A stretch of 64,000 bases of DNA from contig NC_087436.1 of NCBI RefSeq assembly GCF_036321535.1, positions 90,646,001 to 90,710,000 on the forward strand, given 5' to 3'. Every line of letters begins with the position of its first letter. The stretch's first letter is position 1. This DNA is from Camelus dromedarius. Its lineage: Eukaryota. Under the pieces are notes generated by a model. It was not told where the DNA came from and did not search any database. It was given only the letters and a program-made list of their open reading frames with translations. Positions 39,261 to 50,980 of this stretch are shown here, in pieces. The translations under genes were made by a program, and so were the position numbers.

Positions 39261-39734
39261 AAAGATTATCTGCTTCATCTAAACTAACTACTACAGTTCA
39301 TCTGGTTTATAGATTTGGGTCTTTGATAAGATTCCATTTGATTCGTAAGAATTTTAAGATGAAATGTTTTATAACCTCTAATGGAGACTTTCTTTATCTT
39401 TGTTGTAGAAACTATGCTTGAGAAAAACTGCATGCTTTGATAAAACAGAAAGCCTTGAATGAGGCCTTCTTCCAACAATACGGGCTGTTTTTCAATTAGA
39501 CAACTTTTACTAAATGAGAAAACTACATTTAAAATGTGCTTTAAACCAAAATGGAATTAGAAAAAAATATGCATTGGAAAGAACTTTGCACTGTGCTGAA
39601 AATCAAATCTCTTCAAGTAATAAATATGCCAATTCATAAACTGTAAGTTAACACAGTTCCTAATTTAATATTTTCAAAGATGATGTTAAGGTCAAGAATT
39701 TCACATGTATGGCACCACATATAAAAGGGCATTA

Positions 39735-39869
39735 TGCTTGTAATAGCCTATAATAAAGACTATGAAAAAGGCTATATATATGTATGTATGACTGAATCAC
39801 TATGCTGTATACCAGAAACTAATACAACATTGTAAATCAACTATACTTCAATTAAAAAAAAAAAAAAAG
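39735..39869 (+). mobile_element. Short 5'-truncated L1 3' end with poly(A)
   Basis: actgaatcactatgctgtataccagaaactaatacaacattgtaaatcaactatacttcaatt followed by an A run. Confidence 0.9.
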
Positions 39870-40824
39870 ACAGGGATGGATGAATAATCCAAAGAAAAAA
39901 AAAGAATGGCCATATAAATATTCCTGTGAAGCTTAGAAATTTGACAATGCTCAATAAAAGCTTTTGGAATCACATCCAAAAGTGTTGTGTAAGTATGTTA
40001 AGAACAGAACCATCTGCAGGCCACGTAGTAGGAGTGTGTGGTCTCACAGTAAATGTGAATAAAATCTATCAACACCCTTAACCAATACTACCAGTCAAGC
40101 TTTGAGCTGAACATAGCCAATTTTTTTTGTAACAACCTCATCTATGCTTTGGGTCTCAAAATAGATGATAGAACAAAATTATGAATAATATCATATTTTA
40201 ATTCACATACTTAGCCCTTCTTCCTGAGCATTTCTGCTTAAAGTCATCTGAGATTTCTAAAGGCAATTTGAGAAAACATAAGTTTCCTTCATTTACTTTC
40301 TTTCTGCAAAAATAAGTTTTTTTTTTTACTCCCAGACCATTATCTCATCACTTAATCATTATTCCTGCCCTGATCTTTGAAAATACTGTGATTCTCACCT
40401 GACTACTCCTTTTAATTATCTTTCATTTATTAAAACTTTCTCATTCTTCAAGAACTCTTCAACTTCTTCAAGATAACTAAAATCTTCCACTACCTATAAA
40501 GATTTCTTTGATGTTATAGCTAAGCGTCCTGTCTTTCTTCTTTCTATGAATCAGTTTCACAATTTGAGTCAGTGCTTCAAGTTCAGCCCTTAACTGCTTT
40601 CTCCTTATTTTGCGCATATCCACTTTGCTTCCCAACTGGGTTGCAGGTTCCTTAAGGGCACCATTTGTAAACATATCCTAGATACAAGATAAATGCTTGT
40701 CTTCTCAGCAAAGTCAACAATTAATTTAAGAAGCAGATTAGACACCAGTGAAAGTCTCTGGTACTAATACACTATATGTTAAACCAGTATGGTATGCTGC
40801 AAGGCCTATTTCAAAATCTAAATG

Positions 40825-41408
40825 AAGAACTAATTTGAAAACGTACATGCACCCCAGTATTCACAGCAGCACTATTTACAATAGCCAAGATACGGGAGCC
40901 ACCCAAGTGCCCATCAACAGACAATTAGATTAAGAAGATGTGAGATATATGTATGTGTGTGTGTGTATATATGTATATATATATATATGCACATGCACAC
41001 ACACACAATAGAATATTACTAAGCCATAAAAAGGATGAAATATTGCCATTTGCAGCAATGTGGATGGACCTAGGGAATATTATGTGTATATGCAGAATCT
41101 CAAAAAGAATGCCAATAAATGTATATGCAAAACTAAAACAGACTCACAGATATAGAAAATAAACTTGAGGTTACCAAAGGGGAGGTGGGTGGAGGAGGGA
41201 CAAATTAGGGTATGGGGTTAACAGATATTAACAACTATGTATATAAAATAGAGAAGCAACACGAATATACTATATAGCACAGGGAATTACACTCATTATC
41301 TTATAATAACCTATTATGGATTGTCATCTTCAAAAATACTGAATCGCTATGTTGTATACCTGAAACTAACACAATATTGTAAATCAACAATAATTCAATT
41401 TTAAAAAC
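40825..41408 (+). mobile_element. L1 3' end (ORF2 C-terminus + 3'UTR) with small internal deletion
   Basis: gcagcactatttacaatagccaaga...ttgccatttgcagcaatgtggatggacctag...ctgaaactaacacaatattgtaaatcaac. Confidence 0.9.
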
Positions 41409-43619
41409 CTTAGTGTATTCAAACATAAACACAACTAAAAATCTTGCCGTTTGCTATTATAATCTCCTACTATCATGTATCTATCTTGAACTGTACTTTT
41501 GTTAGTTGGACTCAACCTAAAGGTATATTGGGAAAGCATTTCATCACAAAATATAAAATAGGGGTACATTTTCCCAAAACCTTTTCTGTCCTTTGGATTA
41601 TGTTTTAATCTCAACACATTTACTAGTTCATGATGCCAATTAAGGTGACAACAGAGACAGTGCTAATAAACTGGCTTTGTCGTGCTCATTCTTACTTCCT
41701 GGCAATTGGTAAAATAATTTTATCACCTGCTTTAGCAGACTCACTGAATCCAAAAGGGGTCTTTTGGAGACCTAGCTGGTTAATTCTAAAGGAAAAAAAA
41801 TTCTCCCCAATTGCTCACCCCAATTTTTGGGAATTAGAGAGTAAAATTCCACTTGTCATCTGGCCTTCAGGGCACAACTCTTCTGTTTTTGGTTACACCC
41901 CAAGGTGCCATGATGGACTTTTTTGTGTTGCAATAGCCAACAAGTGGAAGTCTCCATAAATCCCCGATATTCCGCTGAGATCACATGTTGGGACCCTATT
42001 TTTTTTTGTTAACGTATGTGATATCCCTGTGAAATAACGGGGTTTGTAGTAAAATTAAGTGAATCCCTTCTGTTTGTTATTTCACAAGGTTTAGTGGGGA
42101 AAGAATAACAGAAATAATACTTGGACATGAACCGGGTAGAAGAAAAGAAAGGAAATCTTTGCTATTTATCAACCTGTCTCATCTAGGGACTATCAACAAA
42201 CACAGGAGTAACAAACTGGACTTTGAATCACATGTTTGGTGAAATCTGTAAATGGGGTTGTGGTAAGGGAAGTGGTATTTCTTAAGACTGGACTTACTCT
42301 GTTCTACATAAAGTATCGTATATTCTCCCAAGTCTTTTTATTAGATTATAAATTTTTTAAACAAAGGATTTTATTTTCCATTACATTTGTGGAGTTCTTA
42401 CTATTTGCCAGGAAATAGTCCAATTAAATTTTATCTCCTGTATTAATTAATTATGTATTTTCAGTTCTCAGTAATATTTTATGCTTTTAAAACAGTTCAG
42501 TGCTGTAAGATTATCCTCTTGACTATCACTTCTTATTTTACAGTACAAGCTTAGAAGTGACAAGAAATCAGATGATTTCTTCAAGGATAATAAAACAGAA
42601 CAAATGAATTATTTGATACCTACTTTTTAACGTCATCTGTCCCATTCTCATAAAAGTAGAGGACAGAAGTTGCTCTTATATTTGCCATTTCAGATTATCT
42701 GAATTCTGGATGAGAAAAATGAACATTTAATGAATATAATGCAACTTTACTTGTAGAACATATTTCCACTGTTAGTGACATTAATGCTTCTGTCCATGTA
42801 CTTATTAAACATAGCTATTCACCTGGATATAATATTATTCTTGATACTCATAAGAGGTTCTGCTTAATCAGAACTGATTCTTATCTAAAAAGTAAGAATA
42901 CATAATTCCTTGCCTCAGTTGAAGGTGAATAACAAAAAACTTGTCTAAAGTAGTAGGTGTTCAAAGACACTGCCTAAGGAGCACACTATAATAACATGAA
43001 TAATTGTGACAGTTTTCCAGAAATCAGTGTGCAGATTTTTCTAGTAAGCATGATTCATTTTGTATGTCCCAGGACATCTCAGGTAGAGACAAGAAAGTGT
43101 TAAACATCACAGTGGCAACTTCAACTAAGATAAACCCCTGTAAGAAGCATTTATGATTATCTGGAGTTCTTACAGTATCTTTATGGACAAGGAAAAAGTT
43201 TGGGATTGAATATAAATCCAACTTCCTATTCCTAAACATCAAACATAATAAATACATTTTCCCCTAAAATTGTCTATAATTTTACTAGTCAAATTTTCAC
43301 CAGAAACTCTGTTTAATGATCAACTGAAACATCAGATACAATCTTTTTTGCCTTTCTATTAGAATAGTTTCTAGACAGTTTTTTGTGTCAAAGAGTTATG
43401 ACATTTCTAGTCTTTCATAAGACAATGTGAATTAAGCTAATCACTTTATCCAAAGCTAGAGACCATATAATTTTTTGTACAAACTAGGGAAAATTATAGT
43501 GAAAAAAGGAATTAGTAATTATTCCAGAACAACATGTATAACTGAGACTGCTCAAGGAAAAGTAGCATATGTAATTACCCATGCTCTGGCTGACCAAACT
43601 TGAGTTAAGAAAAGTGTTT

Positions 43620-44070
43620 TTATTGGTGAAACGGAAAACAAGTGAAATTGGAAACCGAAGTTATCTGAGGGATCCACTAGCCCCTTCTTAAAATTAGAGG
43701 TATAGGTCTGAGATTTATGACTGTGCAGCAGCCCTGGGAGTAAAGAGTTTTAAAACAACAAGGTGTGGGGAGAAGGTTTGAAAAAAAAGAAAAGAAAAAG
43801 GAAGAGAGTGAAAAACTAAAAGACAGGAACCAGGGTGAGGTTATAATGATATGAGATGTCAATAAGGTCAAGAAAAAAAAAGGAGGATTATGGGATCTGA
43901 ATCAAACCAGAGCAACCCCAACCCAGGAAGTTCCCAAAGGCTATTTTGTCAGGGAAAACATAGCAGCATTTTATCACTATCTGAATGTGTCTCTTAAACC
44001 AAATGCAGACCTTCCAGGGAACCTTAACTGAATCACAGGGCAAAGTTCTTTCATAAATTTCACTTCCTAA
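43620..44070. promoter_or_regulatory. Candidate interferon/IRF-responsive element cluster
   Basis: GAAACGGAAA (43628-43637), AAGTGAAA (43640-43647), GAAACCGAAG (43651-43660), GGAAGTTCCC (43926-43935), TTTCACTTCC (44058-44067); motif evidence only. Confidence 0.45.
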
Positions 44071-45058
44071 ACAGGTTCATGCAAAAGATAACTGTAATCT
44101 TCTCCATCAGGATGTGCAGAAGCAGAGAGGGAGACAGACAGCAAAGGAGAGGTCCCCTAGCCATCCACCCACACCAGCGGTAGGTGGGAGAGCAGAATGT
44201 CCAGCACAGCCAGGGCAGTGGCTGCAGTGCTAGCCGCACAGAGAAAACAGAAAGCAGGGAGATGACGATCAGCCTGCCTTGGGTTCACTCACAGACAAGC
44301 AGCATGGAAGGAAAAGGCTAGAGGAGCAAGTGCTCGATGGGAGTCATCCCCATGTCTGTGACATTGGACATACAGTTCCTCCTGTGTGATACCAAAGGAC
44401 CTAGTTGTTAATTTAAGTAAAGCAGCCACTGACAATTCCTACTTCACCCTACCTCACTCTCTTTGTTCAGATGGTCAATAACATAATCATTCATAAGGAA
44501 AGCAGCAGAAAAATGTTATGCAAATTATGATTTCTCCATAGTCAGCATTTCTGTCTTAAGCAACTAATGAGCTAGGAGTATGCACACATTACAAATGCAC
44601 AAATGCACTTAAAAGAACTCCAAATACAATCTCCTTGTACTGCATTTATATTTCTATTTAAGTAGGTAGATGTGAACTTGTCCTGCTCTACTAGAATTAG
44701 TTTGACACCAGTGAAAGTGCACTGCTCAGAGTGAAGGAGGAATTGGTGTTCGATTTTATAACTAGAAAACAGAAGTTTATAATCATAAAGTAGTTTTCCA
44801 AGGGCAAGGTGGCAACAGGTGGTGACACTGGAACTCCAGAAACATCATTTGATTCTAATTCTCACGAGTCCAAAATGCCATTCCTGACAAAACTTATTAC
44901 TAGAGTAGGTAGAGCCCAAAATACTTTAGGTGAAGAATAAAATTATTCTGAAAACAGAAGTACGGCATTATATTTTAGAATTATGGGATAGCTAATTCAA
45001 GCACATTAAGCTTGGACTCTGATCTGTTTCTATTTATGTTTCTCTTTATGTGTGCCTA

Positions 45059-45062
<4 letters not shown>

Positions 45063-45105
<43 letters not shown>
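45063..45105 (+). repeat. (TG)~21 microsatellite
   Basis: Perfect TG run. Confidence 0.98.
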
Positions 45106-45110
<5 letters not shown>

Positions 45111-47044
45111 CAGGAAATCCCTGCAGTTGTTGCTAAGTAGGTAATTATACTTTTTATTAAAAACAACATGGTATGTTTCTATTTCTCTCTATCCTTCTAA
45201 TTAAAAAAAGCCTTCTTCCTTTAACTTGCAGATTATATTTTAACTTTTCTTAAATGAGATGCATTTACAACATATCCCTCAAGTGTTTTGTAACTTATTT
45301 TCTTGAAACTTCACTATTTCTAATATTCAAGAAGGTTTTTTTTAAACCTAAATCATTTTAAAACCTAATCTCTGCCAATGGTTGTATTTTGCTTTATAAA
45401 CACAATAAAAGAAATGCCATAATACAAATAGTCTTGAAAGAAGAGAAGTTAACTTAGAAGTCTAGCTCAAGGCCTTCATTTTTTCTAGCAAAGAAACTGT
45501 GGGTTATGATTTTCCCAAGTAAAAGTGCTTTATCCATAACAAAAAGATTACTATTAAATAATTGTGCTTACAGCTACCCCAATTTCATGACGGCATCAAA
45601 CTATGAGATTTATTTTGTCCACGATAAAAGAACAGGCAATTTTCTCCGAAGAGAAAAAGATATGTCTAGAGATAGAGATTTAGATATGTATCATAACCAT
45701 GATTTTATATTATTTAAGATTCTTATGTCATTCATTCCCTTTCAGTAATTCAAATTCAGCCAATGTTGCTAATTCTGAGTCTTTTAATAAAAGTTTTAAG
45801 TGAAAATCACTGTAACTTGAACTTTATAGAGCTGGAAAACATCATTTGTGTTCCTTCTAGAAGAGAAATAAAAGGCCTTTATCAGTTGGTCAGGTTGGAA
45901 AGTCATTTTCCTTCCCCACCGTCTCTGAAGCTGGCCAGCCATTGCCTTGTTCAGGAAGATCAACAAGTCTAGGATTCTTTCTAGGGAAGTTCACTCTTGC
46001 CTCATGCCAGACAAGTCTTTGAGCTCTAATGGCCACGTACCACAGCTCCTGTCGCATTCTCCCCCAGCTCTCACTTTACATTACTTTACAATTTTAACTA
46101 CAAAAGTAAAAGAAAATGTCACAAGTTTAGAAAACACTCGTGTTTCCACTTAAACATTCTGCTTCCATTCTCTCATCCAGCCTTGTTTCATCAATCTATT
46201 TTGCGTATCAACATATTTGCATTAGTTATGGCCCATAATTTTACATCTGATAATTACAAGAAGGAACTGATACAGGATGTACAATGGTTATTTTTGAACA
46301 CCTCAGTTTCCCCTAATAGTGGGATGACTTTTGATAAAGGTATAGTCGGTTTTGTGTCTAAGTGATGCTAACAACCTATCCTCATTCTGTAAGAAACAGA
46401 TCAGTTACATATTTTTTCTTTCCCTCTTGGCTTCATCAACACTACGGAAACTTTAACTTCCTTTGCAAGCTTTTCAAAGAAACTTGTCTAATCTTTAGGA
46501 CTGAAACCTAAAATCTAGGACATGAATGAGGTAACATTTTACTGGGTACGAATATAGTTGAGCACAGAGTGGGCTTTCTGAAAGCTGCAACATTTAGTAC
46601 AGACTGTTCTGCTATGCTTGCCCAGAAAGATAATGTTGACCCTTGTAAATAGGAGATTACAGTGGAAATGTCAAGTCCATTGTTCTCTTGTCTTCATTTG
46701 AACATTTTTGTTATTTTACTGACATCAATAGAGCCATACAGAAACACTTCAGTTCTAAAAAGCCAACAGAAAATAACCTGTAACAAAAGTATGATGCACT
46801 TAGGCAACAGCAGTATCCAGACTAGTATTTATCACATTTGATGGAAAAAATTTTGGTCTGCATTTATCTTACATAAGAACATATCTTCTCACAAATAAGT
46901 TTATAAATAGGCTGTAAATGGAATGTGATGTTTTAGCTTTTATTTTTGATCCATAAGTACCTACATTCCATCATCTCCCTATTGCATTCGAGGTTGCTCT
47001 TCAATTTTTGATTTGCATTTCTTGCATCCTTATATTTTATTAGT

Positions 47045-48010
47045 AATTCATTCAGCATATAGTAACTGAGTGCCTTCTATGTGCCAGGCACCTTTTAGAT
47101 GGTTGGAGCACAGTGGTGAACGGAGATCCCTGCAGTCATAAAGCTCTCTTTCAAGCGAGGAAAAGGAGACAATAAACAACAAACCCAATAAAGGTAGACG
47201 CTAGAAGGAGATGAGCCCTACAGAAAAAGAGTAAGGGGGATCAGGAATGCTTTGGGGAGGATGGTTTGCATATTAAATAGGGTGACATGGGTAGCTTCTA
47301 GGCAGAAAGATTAGTCATAACAACTGCTCTAGAGCAGAAGTGTCTGCCCTGTTAGGAAACACTAAGCAGAGTGAAGGCGAGAGTAATAAGAGGCAAAGTC
47401 AGGGAGATCAGGGAGGCCTCCCCCATGGCTCGTAGACCATATGTACTAAGAAGTCTGCTTATATTCTCAGAGAATGGGAACCCATGTGGAATTGCCAGAT
47501 GTAGCAAATAAACAGACAAACACCCATTTAAATATCAATCTTAGATAAACAGTGAATATATATTTTAGTATAAGCATGTCCTATGCAATATTTGGGACAT
47601 ACTTATACTAAAAAACTACCCAAATAATTTTATTATAAGCTTGCTACATACAATATTTGGGACAAACCTATGTCTAAAATATGATGTGTTGTTTACCTTA
47701 AACTCAAAGTTAACTGTTCTGCATTTTGTCTGGCACCCCAAAACCTTGGAGATTTAACCAGAGGAATGACATGACCTGACTTATTTAAAATGATCACTCT
47801 GACTAGAGAATAAATTTAAAATAATCTACTTTTATAATAACTTATTTATAATGATCACTGATGCTTAGCGAGTGGACTGTGGTAGGGCAAGGGCAGAAAC
47901 AGGGAGGAGTGCAAAGCAGCTTTCACAGTGATTGACGGGAGACACCATGGTGCCTGCAGCCAGGGTGAGAGCTGGCAGGGGATAGAAAGTGGTGAGAAAA
48001 GGTAGGTTTG
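47045..48010 (-). mobile_element. L2 fragment, interrupted by MER53
   Basis: ttcattcagcatatagtaactgagtgccttctatgtgccaggcac (L2 3' end, reverse complement); aggaatgacatgacctgacttatttaaaatgatcactctg. Confidence 0.75.
47488..47739. mobile_element. MER53 palindromic hAT MITE with duplicated central hairpin
   Basis: TIR-like ends ttgccagat / gtctggcaccc; core tttagtataagcatgtcc...gggacatacttatactaaaa; second degenerate core at ~47623-47681. Confidence 0.85.
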
Positions 48011-48216
48011 AAAAGAAAAAGCAAGACATTTTCTTTGTTTATTGTTGTAAGTATAAACAGATACAGTTGATATGCATAAGTCTGATCAATTTAATCTCGG
48101 TTACATGACCACTTCTTTTGAAAGTGAAAAAGAAAGAATGGCTTCACTGTAGACCTGAATAAGAAAGTAGAAATGCAAAGGAGGACTTTCCACTAGAAAT
48201 CAAACACCCAAGTCCT

Positions 48217-48363
48217 GAGAGAGGGTGTAGCTCCAGTGGTAGAGTGCATACTTAGCATGCATGAGGTCCTGGGTTCAATCCCCAGTGCATTCACTAAATA
48301 CATAATAAACCTAATTACCTTACCCCCAAACAAACAAAAGAAAACAAAAGAAAATAAAACCAA
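48217..48363 (+). mobile_element. Vic-1-type tRNA-Ala(AGC)-derived SINE
   Basis: gggtgtagctccagtggtagagtgcatacttagcatgcatgaggtcctgggttcaatcccc + taaacctaattacc + A-rich tail; TSD AAACACCCAAGTCCT / AAACACCTGAGTCCT. Confidence 0.92.
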
Positions 48364-49589
48364 AAACACCTGAGTCCTTTGTCACTTGTATGTATGTGAC
48401 TCAAGATGTATTAGAACCTCTCAGACCTTTAGTTTCCTCTTTTATAAGTTTGTATATAAATTTCCTCCTCTGCCTCATCAGATTATTCTGAAGACCACAT
48501 GAGCCTGGGTACTTCTGAGTGTCTGAATTGTGTCATGTAAGTACTAGTTGCTATAAATATTAAGGTTACAGATAAATCATAGGATATAATTATGCAAGAG
48601 GGAGAAACAAAGGATTCAATAAGCTGAAGAAATGCCCTATTTCTTATTCAAGGAAAGAACTAAAAAACCTTTTTCTTCTAAGTAACACATCAAAAGTACA
48701 AAGAATCCATAATGGTCTTTGGAAAATCACGTACACGTCTCAATTTTCTTAGTCTTCCCACCACTTCCTCGTTCTTTCAACAGAAACAAGTACACAGCAT
48801 GTATGAGCATACATTCTTTTCAGTGTAATGGGGTTTTCCACTGAGAGAAGAAAAGTGTACTTCATGAACGCTCAACTGCTCTTTATCTCAGAAAATCATT
48901 TAGGAATCACAGTGAAATAGAGTCAAGGCAACTAATGAGAAAAGAATAAAGATTCTACCATAGTTCCAAGTAGAACAGATTTGCCAGTGTTGGAATCAGG
49001 GTGTGAAATGAAGTGAGGAACTGGAAAAGAAACATGGTCAGTATCCATCTATTGGTCCATTCATCTATTTATTGAATAATTACTTCTTGAGCACCGTGGC
49101 ATATTCAAAACTAAATAAAATAGAACCACTACACTCAAAAAATTTACACAAATAATCAAAATATTAGCTAGGATGTGATAAGTACTACAGGAGAAATAAA
49201 AAGAAACAGAGGAAAGCATGGGCATGTCAAGACTTGGCTCTGGATATGGCAGCTGTTGTCAGGTGATAGACTATCAGGTGGAATAAAGACATAGTTCATT
49301 GTGGTTAGAATGCAAGGCAAATGGCAGGAATGGAGAAAGCGAAGGTGTGCAAGATAGGTTGATTCAACAATACAGAAAATACTAAGTGTCAAAGGAAGGC
49401 AGATTGTTACTATGTTGGCAAAAGTAAGCTATTGAAGGCTTTTGAGCTGAAAGCACTGATCAAGATTGAGAAAAATCATTTTGCAGTATGTATAGGAAGA
49501 ACTGAATGAATGCGGAGACAAACTAGAAAACTATTATGATTGTCCAGTGGCAAGATGGCAATAGAATGAAGAGAATCATTTGTGAGGTG

Positions 49590-50071
49590 TGTGTCAGTAA
49601 GGATTGGAATTGAATTAGTGTAACCAGAATCTAAAATAAGGGTGGCTTACCCATGACAGAAGTTCATCTGTCTCTCATTTAAAAGAAGAACATTAGTAAC
49701 ACCCAGGAACTAATACAGTAACTTCCAGGAGTCTTCAGAGGACCCTGAGTTTTCGTACTACCATTCTTATTGGCTCCTGTCTTCATTTTCCCCAAGATGG
49801 TGACTGGGTCTCCATCATAACATCCTCACTGAAGGCCTGGGGAAGAAAGCAGAATTACAAAAAGGATGTCCTTTCCTCTGAGTCAGCTCCTTTCAAGCAA
49901 GCTTCCCAGAGGCACCCAGAACTTTCAGTGACATCTCCTCAGGTGTGAACTTGGCCATGTGGCCATGCTTTGCTGCAGGGAAAGCTGGAAATATAGTCCT
50001 GTTAATGCAGGCAGAAACTAAAATTGGGTTTTTTAGTGGCATCAGGTTGTGTAATTAGTAATTTCTGCCAC
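49590..50071 (-). mobile_element. MaLR solo LTR (MLT1J/L-like) within L2 remnants
   Basis: tgtgtcagtaaggatt...ggtggctta...ccaagatggtg...gctgcagggaaagctggaaatatagtc...tctgccaca. Confidence 0.7.
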
Positions 50072-50589
50072 AAACTGAGACATGTATGATTCGATCGCCA
50101 ATTTAATCGGGAAGAAGGATTAAGTAAAGAGAAGTCATCGAAATTGTAAGACTGAATATTTGAGTTAACGTCTGTGACTGTAAGAGAAACACTAAAATCC
50201 TTCGGAAGCTAAAGTTGAAAAAGAGAGAAGAGCAGTTGGATTAGGTTGAGATATCCACAAACATAAAATTATGTTCTCTGTTGCAGGTATTTTAAAATGC
50301 TGGAATTTATCATATTTTCATTATAATTTTAAAAGATCTGGCATAATTAATGTCAGGTTTATTTATTTGCTTACTGGAGAGTAGTCTTCCATCTAGCAAA
50401 TTATTTTGGAGGGTTGGCTTTTCTATCCCAATTTTACAATTCAAAGTTGTTATGATATCACAAAATAATTTTTACCATCATTTTTGTTTTCCTAACAACA
50501 CCCTGTTTGAAAACTCTTGGGAAACCAATGGATTTCACTTTAACCTGACTGCACAGTATTGCAATTACAATCAAAGGTTAATGGAGACA

Positions 50590-50980
50590 TTACATTCTTT
50601 CATCCATTTAGTCAACATATATCTATGAGCATCTACTGTATGACAAGCATTGTTCTAAGTGCTAAAGATAAGGTAGTGAGTAAAACAGACAAGGTATTTT
50701 TTCCCTTAGAAGCTTACATTCTAGGCAAATGGTAGGAATTGGGAGGTCAGATAATCAGCATCTATATCTATATATTTGTATTTATATACACATGTGTATA
50801 TACATATGACAAAGATTGATGGGAGCAGAGGGGAGATGAAATGTAAATAACTGGTCAAAAAGCAATGTAAGCAGAGGCAAGAGCAGATGTAAGGTAAAAA
50901 GACATAGGGAAGGAGAAATGGTGGCAGGAGTGAAATCATATGGTGACTTGTATCACAGGGAAAGGACTTTATTTTAAAAT
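50590..50980 (-). mobile_element. L2 fragment
   Basis: ttcatccatttagtcaacatatatctatgagcatctactgtatgacaagcattgttctaagtgct...agcttacattctagg. Confidence 0.7.

Noticed and set aside
48217..48295. tRNA-Ala(AGC)-like sequences here and at 35100-35178 and 53496-53575
   Set aside because: SINE heads with TSDs, A-rich tails and broken stems; not tRNA genes
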